From: Phallusia mammillata
Lineage: Eukaryota
NCBI GenBank assembly: GCA_965637545.1
Contig: OZ281496.1
Span: 13,516,001 to 13,580,000 of the forward strand
DNA: 64,000 nt
Direction of reading: 5' to 3'
The notes beneath the pieces are model-generated. The model ran no database searches, was not told the DNA's origin, and saw only the letters and a list, made by a program, of their open reading frames with translations. This document shows positions 13,214 through 24,919 of this stretch, piece after piece. Numbering within the stretch: position 1 is the first letter of the stretch; every line of letters begins with the position of its first letter. The position numbers and the translations under genes are program-made.

Positions 13214-16078
13214 CAGACTTGGACAACTAGATAATTCTAGTTGTCTAATTGGGCAAATTAGAGCAAAATGGCGGTAATTCTAATTCTAATCTAGTTTGGA
13301 AATATCGAGTAAGCTCTAGTTCTAATTCTAATCTAATTTACATTTTTCAAAAAATCGCTAGTTTGTCCAACGACATTTACAAGCATGCGTTTCTTGTCCA
13401 AATCGCACAGAGACATGTTGCTAACAAAACCCATCCCTTATTGAAACATGTTTCTGTCACACTCGGCATTGTGACGAACAATACCTACCCCATGAGCTGT
13501 TGCAACACAATGTAGTCTGGTACCAAATAGAAACACAGTTTGTCTGCCAGTTGTATTACGCATTGATGTTCAATTGCCTAAATCAGTTAGTATTTTCAGT
13601 CATGGAGATTTGCAGTTTAGGGAAAATTTAGTTTTAGCTGTGTTGTTAGTTCTTCTTTTAGAGCACTGCAGGCCAAACTAGCGTAGGTATTATAGTCTTA
13701 AAATCCAAAACTATGTTTTTATTTTTTGCTTAGAGTAGTACTTATTTACAAAAAGGTTTGCACTAAGGTTGAAAATGAACATAGCTCCAGAAGAATCAAG
13801 TATCAAAACAAGTGTAGGTGAGAAACAGCTTCCAGCATCGCTTCGCCCATTTTTTGAATTATTAGATCCAGATTCAGAACATCCAATAGCGCAATGTTTG
13901 CTATGTGTGAAGAAAAAAACAAAAAACTCCAAGTATAAGGGTTTCAAAAATTCCTTGTCCAACTGGGAAGCGCATTTGTCCTGTATGCACCCGAAGGAAA
14001 ACCGAAAGTACCGGGATGCGAAAGCTGAGGAAGCTGCTAAAATAGCAAAGGGTCAACACGATGGCAATTGTTTTTGTCCGTCAAAGTCAAAAAGTCAAGC
14101 CTCGCAAAAATCTCTAGTAAAAATAACAGACCATTTTCGCAAAGATGCTGCGAAAAAATATTCCAAACATCACCCGAAACAAAGGCAAATAACCCAGCTG
14201 TTGCTGAAAAGCATTGCTTGTGATTCATTGCCAATCTCAATTGTTGACAAACCAAGCTTTCGGGGACTTTTAGGCGAACTTAATGAGAGCTATGCGATAC
14301 CTCATCGGCAAACGATTAAAGAAACCCACCTCCCCTTTACAGAAAAGCTAGTCATAAACGGAATCAAAGCTGAAATGAAAAGTTTGACCAGCGTGTATGT
14401 CACTGTTGACATTTGGACTAACTGTCAAATGCGTTCTTTTATAGGATTTACTGTACATTTTGTGGACGACGAATTTAATCTTAAGTCTCGACTTCTATGT
14501 TGTGAACATTTCGCCGAGAGACACACAGCGGTCAATATAGCTAACAGATATGAAGATGTTGTCATGCGATATCAAATCGATGGCAAAGTTCGACGTGTCA
14601 TAAGCGACAACGCTAGCTCAATGAAAAAAGCCTTTGACTTTTCGCTAATAGATATAAAGACGACTGAAATGAAAGTTGGAAACGACGAAGACATACAATT
14701 CAGCGACAAGGAAGATTTTCATGACCCAAATGTAGACCTTGATACACTTTTAGCACTGCTGCCAAAGAGGGTGTCTTGCTTTGCGCATACTATGCAACTG
14801 TGTATCGTCCACGCACTAGAAAACATAAATACCAAGCTACCCAATGAAGCAGAAGATCATGTCTCTAAGCGAGTTGTGATCCACTCTACGATTACAAAAG
14901 TGGCGAAGGTGGCCCGGACACTACGAGCCAGTACAACGGCAAGCGAGTTTTTACACAAAAAGAATGTCTACTTATTGATGAAAAACCAGACGAGATGGAA
15001 TTCGTCTCTTAAAATGTTTCGCTCGTTTGTAAAGGCAGGCAAGGATGTGTTAAATGCGGCCATCGACGAGTTGGCTAAGTCTCAGAAAGAAAAGAGTGCA
15101 TTGAAATTAAGCTCTACAGAGCTTGTTGTGATCACGGAACTCGTCGATGTGCTAAGCCCATTTGAAGCTGCAATGTCTCAAGTTGAAGGGGAAAAGAATG
15201 TAACAATAAGCAATGTGTGCGCTGTTGTCATCGGCCTGAAGAAATCACTGGAAGGAATGGCACTGAAACTGCACATTTGCCAAGTCTTGTCTCGTATTCT
15301 AGTTGAACAAGTTAACATAAGGCTAAATCCTTATCTTGAACAAGAAGATTTTCGATTCGCTACATTTTTAGATCCAAGATTTAAAACCGACTGGTTGCAA
15401 ACCGAAGAAGAAAGAGATTTACTTAAACAACTTTCTGCGCAATTGACGAAGGAACTTCTGAAAAGAAAAGCGGCTATTGATGCCGAGAACCGTGACAGTC
15501 CTTTGGATAGTGCTGGATCCGACCACGACCAGACCAGTAGCTCGTCTGAAGAGAAAGAGAACGCTCACCGAGGCTTGTTTTCGTTCATGCGGTCAAGTAT
15601 GTCCAAGAAAAAGAGAAAAATTGCGGGTCCGACGCAAGAAAAGATTCTGGAAGATGAAGTAGAAAAGTACTTTGCAGGGGATTGTGAGAGTTTGGACTGT
15701 GATGTATTAGGGTACTGGAAAAACGAACAACGTTTTCCTCATCTTAAGATTGCTGCTCGGGAACTACTTGGAATGACAGCCACATCAGCTCCGTCTGAAC
15801 GTGTTTTCAGCCACGCCGGCGAATTATACCGTGCTAAACGTGCCAATCTTGGTGTTAAAATTTTCGCCATTCTTATGCTTATGAGAATAAATTCCGATTT
15901 GATATAAACTGAAGTTGCTTGGTTTAAATCTAATTCTAGTTGGAATTCTAGTTTAGTTTCCAGTTTTTAAAATAGTGGTAATTCTAATTCTAATCTAATT
16001 TGAAAATAACCGAGATGCTCTAATTTTAATTCTAATCTAATTTAAAAAACCGAAAAAAGATCTAGTTGTCCAAGTCTG
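13214..16078 (+). mobile_element. Full-length hAT (Ac/ZBED-type) DNA transposon
   Basis: Perfect 19-bp TIR cagacttggacaactagat; subterminal aattctaattctaatcta repeats at both ends; intact transposase; no matching TSD. Confidence 0.93.
13769..15907 (+). CDS. hAT transposase, BED zinc finger + DDE + C-terminal dimerisation domain (ZBED1/4-like), intact, about 712 aa
   Basis: AQCLLC...WEAHLSCMH, VTVDIWT, ISDNASSM, CFAHTMQL, TRWNS, FLDPRFK, SAPSERVFS. The true ATG may be at 13776. Confidence 0.92.
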   Translation: MKMNIAPEESSIKTSVGEKQLPASLRPFFELLDPDSEHPIAQCLLCVKKKTKNSKYKGFKNSLSNWEAHLSCMHPKENRKYRDAKAEEAAKIAKGQHDGNCFCPSKSKSQASQKSLVKITDHFRKDAAKKYSKHHPKQRQITQLLLKSIACDSLPISIVDKPSFRGLLGELNESYAIPHRQTIKETHLPFTEKLVINGIKAEMKSLTSVYVTVDIWTNCQMRSFIGFTVHFVDDEFNLKSRLLCCEHFAERHTAVNIANRYEDVVMRYQIDGKVRRVISDNASSMKKAFDFSLIDIKTTEMKVGNDEDIQFSDKEDFHDPNVDLDTLLALLPKRVSCFAHTMQLCIVHALENINTKLPNEAEDHVSKRVVIHSTITKVAKVARTLRASTTASEFLHKKNVYLLMKNQTRWNSSLKMFRSFVKAGKDVLNAAIDELAKSQKEKSALKLSSTELVVITELVDVLSPFEAAMSQVEGEKNVTISNVCAVVIGLKKSLEGMALKLHICQVLSRILVEQVNIRLNPYLEQEDFRFATFLDPRFKTDWLQTEEERDLLKQLSAQLTKELLKRKAAIDAENRDSPLDSAGSDHDQTSSSSEEKENAHRGLFSFMRSSMSKKKRKIAGPTQEKILEDEVEKYFAGDCESLDCDVLGYWKNEQRFPHLKIAARELLGMTATSAPSERVFSHAGELYRAKRANLGVKIFAILMLMRINSDLI

Positions 16079-16360
16079 GCAATTTCCAACTGCAAGAGTT
16101 ATTTTGGATGTAACAGAAATTCCTATTGAAAGACCTATTTATCTAAACTCACAATCAAGTACATTTTCTACATACAAGAATAAAAACACAATCAAAAACT
16201 ATGGTGGGTATAACACCAAGAGGAACAGTTTCATTTGTGAGTGATAGCTTTGGGGGAGCAGCAAGCGAAAGACAGAATATCGAAGATTGTGAATTGTACT
16301 TAGAAGCTGCCATCCGGTTTGAACCAAAAGATAGCATAATGGCAGATCGTGGAATGATGG

Positions 16361-17366
16361 CACTGATCTCTATAAACACTGGATTGCGCTACTCCGTTGA
16401 ACGGTTGGGTGATTTTTGAAGCAAATTGAAGCGTAATGGCGGCTGAAAAGGAAGCCCAAAAAATGCATTGCTGGCAATGGGGAGAGAGTGGAAAAATAAC
16501 GATAATTTATTTTAGGCATTTGTGTAGCGATTTTTGCAGATATGATTTGTAGATTAAAAGGACGCAAGTATTCCAGTGTGTAATAACCAATAAATATGCG
16601 TAGATTGATTGTGATGTGTATTAGTGTAGGTGTACTGGATATACATTGATCAGTTAATGTTGAAATAAATCATTATTAAGTGGTAATAAATGTGCATTCA
16701 TTAATATTTAAGACAAAATTCCAACAACGATGACTATTTTCTTCACACAAGACGATGTGATACTTTATTTAGCATCACCTTGTGCTGATCCAAACTGCTG
16801 TTTTTGTCAGCAAAATCTTGGAGCTAAAATATGGCTATTCAAAAGTTTTTTTGTAGTAGGTTCAACATTATTTTGCTTCTATGTTACAAACCTTAAATCT
16901 AGTAAGCTCACAATTAGCTCATTTAATCTACCCTTTTCAGTTTGCAACCAACATGTGCTGAATATTTTTTTTCTAATGTTGTGAATTCTCAAACAACAAA
17001 CTCTTCTAATATCTCAAAGGGATACATGTGCATATAAATGCATTTAAGACATCATAGCAGTTAAGGTGGACAAGTTTAACTACCCAAATGAATTGCCTAT
17101 TTATGTACTATTTCAGTTAGAATCATGAAATATTGTTTTTATTCTTTTTAATAAGCAATTTTCTGCAAAAACACACCTGTACACTAGTTATCACTTAAAT
17201 TCTTGCTAAACAGGACTGAAGGCAACAAATACACCAGCCAAGTTCATACAGATATCCTGTATTTTTTGTCAGATGATCACCATTATAACAGATGGTGCAT
17301 TCACAAAATAAAAAAACAACCTCAAAGATGTTTAAGTTTAAAATGTGCAGCATATCATGTTACAGG
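16361..17366. mobile_element. Second, truncated copy of the foldback-like element at 4196-7759
   Basis: Starts cactgatctctataaacactgg and aligns with 4196-~5201; ends exactly at the next hAT TIR. Confidence 0.88.
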
Positions 17367-17659
17367 CAAGGATGGCAGTACGGTACGGTACGCTGCAAAT
17401 TTTATCAAAAAGTACGGTACGTAGGTACGGTACGTGGTACGGTGCTTCACCACAGCGTACCACCGTACCAAAAAGCGTACCGTACCACGTACTGATACGC
17501 AACTTCAATGTTTACAGAACTTTCCAATTTTATACATTTTTTTGCTAAACAATTTGGTTTATGTTTAGGGTATTTGATTAAGGTTGCTTAAGCTTGAGTA
17601 TAGATAGAAAATTTAGTGTTCTGCATGGGTGATTTTTTTGCGTTTTTAATTAACATATT

Positions 17660-17850
17660 TGTTGTATTCGCCACTCACGCGGCCATGCCGTAATTCGAAT
17701 AAAGCAAAAGGTCACACATAGTGAAATGCGGTAGAACGCAATCATGCGTATCAATAATAAATCATGCGTAAAATAATATATATGACGCTAACGTTACGGT
17801 CACAGCAATAAATAATGCGGTAACAAAAGTAAATATACAATAACACAACA
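17660..17850 (-). repeat. 3' LTR
   Basis: tgttgtattcgcc...taacacaaca next to polypurine tract aaaagggagg (minus strand). Confidence 0.95.
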
Positions 17851-20800
17851 CCTCCCTTTTGACTCTTTTTATCACGAAAAAGAGTAAACACATAATAATT
17901 ACAACTAGAGTATATTTGCGGTTGCGAAGATTATAACCGCCAGTGGAGCTAGGATCAAGCCCCATATTATCACATAGATTCTCATCATGTCCGGAATATC
18001 TGGGTTGAAGCTGGTCACAGTGTCGCCTCCATTTTAAACCTTCTGGAATGGTCTTGACCTTATAGCTTCTTTCACCAAATACTTTTGTAACCACCGCAGG
18101 CATCCATTTAGAATCAAGGGGTTGTCTTGGACCTGCCAATAGCGCGTAACACAAACTACCAATTTTATACTTGTCTGGTTCACATCCCGGTCTCCTCGAC
18201 TGTCTTCCCTGAGCTATGTGAGCCGGGGAAGGAAGCAATGTATCGATTTTCGTTCGAATTTGTCGTCCATTCAACAATTCGCTGGGTGAAAATCCACTGG
18301 ATAATGGAGTTCTTCTATATTGCATCAAGAACTCTTGAAGTGCTGCTCTTGGCAGTAACTTGGACTTTTTCAAAGCTTGTTTAAAAGATTGAACCAATCT
18401 TTCAGCTGCCCCATTAGTTGCAGGGTGATATGGTGCACCAGTAAGGTGAGTAATTCCCCTCTCACGGCACCAATCTTGAAATTCTTCTGACTTGAATGAT
18501 GTAGCATTGTCAGACACAATGGTATGCGGATATCCAAAATGTGAAAAGTCGTGTTCCAACAAAACTGTTGTACTTTTGGATGACACAGAATTCGTTGGAT
18601 GTATGCATGGATATTTAGAGTATGCATCCACAAGAACTAACCAATTACTTCCCATAAAATTAACAGCATGGTCTATATGAACTCTGCTCCAAGGTTTCTC
18701 TGGAAGCATCCAAGGATGATTAACAGGCTTTGCAGGTTTATTCTGCTGTAACATGCAGCTAGAACAATTTTTGCATGTCCTGGCAATATCAACATCAATT
18801 CTTGGCCAATAAACCACTGTACGGGTCAACTGTTTCATTCTTTGGATTCCAAAGTGACCCAAATGAAGTAATTGTAGCACTGGTTCTCTAAGCTTGTAAG
18901 GAATAACCACACGAGCTCCATAAAGTAAACATCCATTGGTTGTAGATAAATAACTGGAAAGTTTTCGAAAATCTTTCACTTGGTATCCTTCTTTTTTAGG
19001 TTGTTCTGTTGGCTCAACAGTCAATGGCCATCCCTCTCGGGTATACCTCATTACCGTAGAGACAACAGAGTCTTTTGAAGATTCTTTAATTAAAATTCTA
19101 GGATCTGTTGGAACTATCTGCATGCTAACCATATTAATGGTGTTTACCACATGGGTATTTTCCTCATCTTCTTCATTATCGAAGGTAGCATCAGGTCCTA
19201 CAGGCATCCTACTTAAAGCATCAGCATTTCCATGATCTGCAGTTTTGCGATATTCAATAGAATAATTATATTGGCCTAGCAATAATGCCCATCTGGCCAA
19301 TCGATTGGCTGCTAAAGCTGGTGTTGCTTTAGTCGGTCCAAATAATGCAAGCAATGGCTTATGATCAGTCACCAAAATAAATTTTCTTCCATAAAGAAAT
19401 TGGTGAAACTTTTGAAGTGCAAAAATAATGGAAAGCGCTTCTTTTTGAATTTGACTGTACTTTCTTTGTGTCTTCGTCAGTGTTTTCGATGCAGTTGCAA
19501 TAGGTCGTTCCTTCCCATCATGAAATCTATGAAATAGAACTGTCCCAATACCTACACTAGACGCATCACAAGAAATCCCTATTGGCACAGTAGGGTCAAA
19601 ATGAGCAAGTACAGTATCTGCACATAGCATTTCTTTCAGTGTCCGAAAAGCAACATCCTGGCTCTTACCCCATTTCCATTTAATTCCCTTCTGCGTAAGA
19701 AGATAAAGAGGCTCGGACACCGTAGACAAATTAGGTAAGAATTTGCTGTAAAATTGTACACAACCAAGAAAAGATCGCAAAGTAGCAACATCTGTGGGTG
19801 CAGGCATTTGTAGCACTGCACTCACCTTTTTTCCTTTCCTTATTCCCTCTGGTGACAGTTGATGTCCCAAATATTCAACACTTGATTTGGCAAATTCACA
19901 CTTTTCACGTCGACACCTTAATCCTTTGTCTTGCAGTCTCTGTAAAAGTGCACGAAGATTCTTCAAGTGATCTTCTGCATTGGCTCCGCTCACTAATATA
20001 TCATCCAAGTAAACTGCAACACCTGTAAGATCTGCCGTTAATTGTCCCATAATTTCTTGGAAGTAACCTGGTGCAGAACTTATCCCAAAAGGTAGTCTCT
20101 TTTAAAGTAAAACTCCTTGATGGGTGCTTAATGCAAGTTTTCTTTGACTTTCAGGACTTAAGGGTATTTGATTATATGCGTCTGCTAGGTCAATTTTAGT
20201 AAAACCATGTCCGCCTCGTAGTTTGCGCATTAGATCTTCAGGTAAAGGTAAGGGTTGGCGATGTGTTTCCAGTTGTGCATTCACTGTCACAGAATAGTCA
20301 CCACATACACGTATAGGTGGATTAACCTGTCCTGGTAAACACTTTTTCCATATAGGTACTACAGGAGTGCCATAATCATTAAATTGAACTTTTTCCCAAA
20401 CTCCTTTTGCAATACCAGCTGCATAAGCTTGTGACAGACTGTCCTGTAGGGCAAATGGGACTGGTCTGGGCTTGCAAAAAATTGGTTTGGCACTTTTCTT
20501 AAATTGTACATCAAGTTCAAAATTCTTTAAACATCCCAATTCATTTTTAAAAAGATCATGAAACTCATCACATAGTTGTGTACATGCCTTCTGTAGGGAT
20601 ATATTCGGTCCACCATTAACATGAAAATACTGTGGCATTTATCATTTGCTTCGTCAATTAGGGAATCAACTGAAAATCCCAATTTAGCAATTCCATCTCT
20701 GCCAAGTAGATTCAGATTTGGCACATCAGTTACAATAAAATTAATGTGACTCTTCATTAGCATATTTGAAGCAAGGCTTACTTGTTTTGGACAAATTTTT

Positions 20801-21946
20801 CCAAGTGTGGGCAACTTGTGTCCAGTAGCAGACTCAAAACAGACTTTAGTTGATTGAAGTGAAGGTCTTCCCAGCTTAATCCATCTGTCTTTGGTGATGA
20901 AATTTTCACCAGCACCAGTATCTACTTCAAAATCATAAACATTACCATTAATGTTAATTTTCTGATTAAGTTTAGAAGTAGCATTTACAGCTTTAACAGT
21001 TTGGAAAGAATTAACAATGGAATGAACTGGAATTTGTTTCCTCTTCTTCCAACAAGCTGTAGTGATATGACCTTTCATCTTGCAGTAATGACATATAGAC
21101 TCTTTATGAAAACATGTCTTTCCAGTATGTCCCTTCTTTCCACAACGACCACATTTGAGGTTTTTGGGAACGGTGACTGGAACTTTCTGCTGCTGCTGCT
21201 TATTTACTCTAATGGAAAATGCTTGATTTCCACTTGAAGTACCGGCAGTTTCTTTTGCAACTTTTGCTGCATCTTCTGTTTCGAGTGCTATTTTTTATGG
21301 CTTTAGGGAATGTTAACCCATCTTCTACTTTGAAAAGAGATTTAAGAACAGCTTCATTGCTAACTGAGCAAATGAAACGTGTGCACATAGCTTCATCTTG
21401 GGGATTGGTAATTGATGCAAAATCACAAGTAACTGCATCTTGGCGTATTCTTGCAGCTAGTTCACTTACAGTTTCACCAAGTTTGCGCCCCATATCACTC
21501 CAAAATTTATATCTTTCTCTTATCACAAACCTCTTTGGATTGTATTGTTCAGCCATAAAAGATGTTATTTGCTCAAATTTTAGATCATTGATTTTAATAG
21601 ATGGATCTTGTTGCGCTGCTAGATTTTGCAGCAACTTGTACACTTCTGAAGATTGATTTGTTAGAAAAACTTGTGGTATTTTATTTTCTGGCACAGAGTG
21701 TGCTCCTATGAAGGTCAGAAATCTATTATTATAATCAGTCCATAGTTCTGCAGTAGGATCAAAGGCAGTAAAATTTGGTACCGTACTCGTAGTAACAGAT
21801 CCTGTAGTTGTACTGCTGGACATTTTGTGCAAAGTTTCCATAAAACTATTCATCTGTTCATCGTGGCGTTGAGATTGCTGTTCCATAAGAACTTTCTGTT
21901 GTTCAAGTTGTTGCCTTAGAATTTCGACCAGTTCCTTCGTTGTCAT
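17762..21946 (-). pseudogene. Gypsy gag-pol polyprotein with two frameshifts and one in-frame stop
   Basis: Gag 21209-21946 with two CCHC knuckles at ~21055-21155; protease FEVDTGA; RT KIDLADAYNQ / YLDD; RNase H CDAS..YSQIQKEAL; integrase H..H..C..C, IDHA, SDNA, GAAER. TAA at 20102-20104; frameshifts near 21295 and 20625. Confidence 0.93.
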
Positions 21947-22019
21947 CGTGTGATACTTTAGTTGAAGAAAAGTAGCATAAACAAATTGCTTAAAACGTGA
22001 TCACTTAGATCGATCCGTA

Positions 22020-22032
22020 ATCCTCGTCGCCA
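22020..22032 (-). promoter_or_regulatory. Primer binding site, complementary to the tRNA-Ser(GCU) 3' end
   Basis: TGGCGACGAGGAT lies 3 nt inside the 5' LTR; animal tRNA-Ser(GCU) ends ...AUCCUCGUCGCCA (recalled). Confidence 0.85.
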
Positions 22033-22035
22033 ATC

Positions 22036-22226
22036 TGTTGTATTCGCCACTCACGCGGCCATGCCGTAATTCGAATAAAGCAAAAGGTCACACATAGTGA
22101 AATGCGGTAGAACGCAATCATGCCTATCAATAATAAATCATGCGTAAAATAATATATATGATGCTAACGTTACGGTCACAGCAATAAATAATGCGGTAAC
22201 AAAAGTAAATATACAATAACACAACA
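22036..22226 (-). repeat. 5' LTR
   Basis: Direct repeat of 17660-17850, next to the PBS. Confidence 0.95.
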
Positions 22227-22909
22227 ATATTCATCCGCGTGTAAGAATGTGCTTTGAACGCCACGTTTTTGTCAGTTCTGTTTGTTGGTAGAGTTTGCAA
22301 TCAGAACGATTTGTTCAAGATTAATTTCTTTGTGTTTATCGTTTAGTTAAATAATATATTGAAAAAACGAATATTTTATTTGCCAGATTGTCATTGTTAG
22401 ACCGTTACCCACTGATCAGTATAGCCTTGGCTACCAAACCCAACAGTCGGCAAATTCTAAATTCATTCGTGTTTAGCCAGTGTAAAGGTGTGTGTGAACC
22501 TAAACCAGTTTTGTAGTCAGTATTTTGAGGCCGTTTTTGTGTGCAAAGTAGCCGATTAACGGAGATTATATTAGATTGCACGACTTGAAACCCTGAACTG
22601 TTGATTCTGTTCTGCTGCAGCGGCTATGACGTCATAATCGTTGTGTTAGTTTATTTATTCTCTGTTCTCCTTATATTATTTTTACTGCTGCACTCTGCGT
22701 TTAGACTAAAGTAGAGATTGTTTTGATATACTTGTGAGGTGCCTGAGGTCAATAACAATAAAGTCTTAAAAAACTGCAAGGTAGTTTGCCAATTCAGTTT
22801 ATAATTGTACGCGAAAACTGGGCATCTATAAGTGCATTTTTTAATTCCCAATGTTTTAATATTATTTTGATATTTAGTCCGACGTTTCTTCAACTAGCTG
22901 AAACAAAAC

Positions 22910-24919
22910 ATGTCGGCCTCAAAACGTAAATTTATCGGTAACGAATATTTTACCGTTGTTAATTGCATTAATGGTTATGGGAAATGTGACGTTCAAGGCT
23001 GTGACTACAAGTACACACCATTGACAGCAAGCGGAGTACATTCAAAGCCTCTGGCTGACCATTTTAGACGAAAGCATTTCGAAATGTATGAAAAATGTGA
23101 AGAGAAAGCTAAGCGAAAAAGAGGGCAAGATCCGAGTGCAAGTGGTTCAATATCAGGACACTTTAATAGACCTCAAGGCAGAAAAGAAACTTCCCGTAAA
23201 AATACGACAATAAATTTCCAAACTTCTCCAGAAAAAATTCAAAACCTTGCCATTGAAGCGGTGACAAAAAAAGGTTTGCCCTTTTCAGTGTTTGAAAAAT
23301 CAGCTATCCAAAACCTGCTCAGCCCCATATTGAGAAAGACCGAAGTTTGCCTGAATCGTAGATCACTTCGTGAAATGACAATAAAAAAGGCACAGGAGCG
23401 AATTATCGAAATGCAGAATGAACTCAAAGGTCGACTGATATGCTTAAAAGTTGATCTGTGCACTCGAAAAGGTCGCCATTTTCTTGGAGTTAATGTACAA
23501 ACTATCGTGAACGGCAATTTAAAAGTATTTACGTTGACCGTGAAAGAAATGTTTGTGGAATCTACAGCGGAAGACTTAAAAGCAATGATAATTAAAACTC
23601 TGCGTACGATATCAGCAGACGAATCACAGATTTATACCATCACTACTGACAACGGATCAAATGTTTTAAAAAGTTCATGTCTTTTGAGGGACGATGCAGA
23701 AGCATGCGAAAAACCCCGGCTCTTAGATATTTACATCGGTGACACGTCCGACGAAAGTGATTGCTCCGACGACGAGTTTGTGCAAAACTCTGAAGCCACT
23801 CAGGACGTCGCAAGTCAAATTAACGTCGATGCAACGGTCGAAGTCATTTTGGATAATGCTGCAGGAAATATCGCAAATCAATCTAACTTGGATCAAAGTT
23901 TCAGCGTAGGTGTCATTAAGTGTGCAGCACATACTTTGCAGCTGGCAGTAAACGATGTTTTGAAAGAAAAATGTTTTCTGAGCGTTATCGAAAGAGTAAG
24001 AAAGGTTGTAAAGAAAACTCGTAACCAAAATCTGCGACTGGTCTTCCGCAGGCACAAACAGCCATTGCCCACTTTGGACTGTGAAACTCGCTGGGGTTCA
24101 ACATACTTAATGCTAAGTAGTGTGCTACGATGTAAAGAGTTTTTAGGAAATTTGGCGTTAACTAACGAGACCCTTCTTTTGAGTGATGAAGACTGGCTTT
24201 GTGTCGAAGGAATGATTTCCGCCCTAAAGCACATTTATTCCCTTACCAAAGTTCTTCAGTACAAATGCCTCACTGCTGGTTACTTTTTTGGTCAATGGAT
24301 CAAAACTAAATTACTGTTAAACTCAATGGATTCTTCCATTAGCTCTTATCTATTGCGAACAATGACCAGACGTGAACCGTCAATAATTGAAAATCCTCCT
24401 TTTCTTGGAGCAGTGTTTTTAGATCTTCGATTCCAAGGCTTGCTAAGTGAAGAACAAAAGAACATTGCCCATCGCCACGTCTTAACTGTTTGGAAAAAGC
24501 TTAAACGTATCGCTGCGGATGAAGAAAACCAAGTGCCACAACGCACCGCCCATGAAAGTCCCGACCACAATCTTGATTTTATTGCAGTAAGCGACGAAGA
24601 GGTTGCAGAAGGTTTGTTGGAGAATTTACTGCAAAGTAAAGAATCGCAAAGTAAAGATGGAAACCAGTCAATTTTGGAAACCATTAAATCATTCGGAAAT
24701 GGGTCGCGACTTCCAAAAGATGCGGACTTACTTTCATGGTGGGTCCACAACGGACCACCTGAGTTGTTACATGTAGCAAGCGCTGTTTTGGCGCTACCAG
24801 TTACCCAAGTTAGCGTCGAGCGCACCTTTTCGGGATTAAGATACATCCTGGATGAATTAAGAATGCAACTCAAAGACGACATTGTTGATGCAGTAATGAT
24901 ACTGCGTTGTAATACGTAA
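22910..24919 (+). CDS. hAT transposase (BED finger + DDE), intact, 669 aa
   Basis: GKCDVQGC..LADHFRRKH, LKVDLCT, TTDNGSNV, CAAHTLQL, TRWGS, TQVSVERTFS. Confidence 0.92.
   Translation: MSASKRKFIGNEYFTVVNCINGYGKCDVQGCDYKYTPLTASGVHSKPLADHFRRKHFEMYEKCEEKAKRKRGQDPSASGSISGHFNRPQGRKETSRKNTTINFQTSPEKIQNLAIEAVTKKGLPFSVFEKSAIQNLLSPILRKTEVCLNRRSLREMTIKKAQERIIEMQNELKGRLICLKVDLCTRKGRHFLGVNVQTIVNGNLKVFTLTVKEMFVESTAEDLKAMIIKTLRTISADESQIYTITTDNGSNVLKSSCLLRDDAEACEKPRLLDIYIGDTSDESDCSDDEFVQNSEATQDVASQINVDATVEVILDNAAGNIANQSNLDQSFSVGVIKCAAHTLQLAVNDVLKEKCFLSVIERVRKVVKKTRNQNLRLVFRRHKQPLPTLDCETRWGSTYLMLSSVLRCKEFLGNLALTNETLLLSDEDWLCVEGMISALKHIYSLTKVLQYKCLTAGYFFGQWIKTKLLLNSMDSSISSYLLRTMTRREPSIIENPPFLGAVFLDLRFQGLLSEEQKNIAHRHVLTVWKKLKRIAADEENQVPQRTAHESPDHNLDFIAVSDEEVAEGLLENLLQSKESQSKDGNQSILETIKSFGNGSRLPKDADLLSWWVHNGPPELLHVASAVLALPVTQVSVERTFSGLRYILDELRMQLKDDIVDAVMILRCNT

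Larger units (their letters stand above)
13193..16360 (+). mobile_element. ISL2EU-type (THAP + DDE_Tnp_4) transposase relic; middle part replaced by a hAT
   Basis: 13193-13213 = MPSYCCV (THAP-like start). 16079-16360 = QFPTARVILDVTEIPIERP...STYKNKNTIK/MVGITPRGTVSFVSDSFGG...DSIMADRG. Confidence 0.7.
17660..22226 (-). mobile_element. Full-length Ty3/Gypsy LTR retrotransposon (Mag/K02A2.6-like)
   Basis: TG...CA LTRs at 17660-17850 and 22036-22226 (191 bp, 2 differences by eye); TSD atatt (17655-17659, 22227-22231); PPT 17851-17860; gag-PR-RT-RH-IN order. Confidence 0.96.

Noticed and set aside
13769-15907. Domesticated ZBED host gene (absence of TSD)
   Set aside because: Perfect 19-bp TIRs and subterminal repeats indicate a transposon
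17378-17495. gtacg-rich short repeats (also 25264-25390) that might suggest a CRISPR array or satellite
   Set aside because: No repeat-spacer periodicity; they are inverted subterminal repeats of the hAT element
21285-21300. Programmed gag-pol ribosomal frameshift
   Set aside because: The shift falls inside gag, before the zinc knuckles, in a homopolymer run; more likely a mutation or sequencing error
24346-24882. Antisense ORFs over transposase and pol genes (also 21219-21656, 23723-24234)
   Set aside because: Shadow ORFs of real coding strands with no motifs
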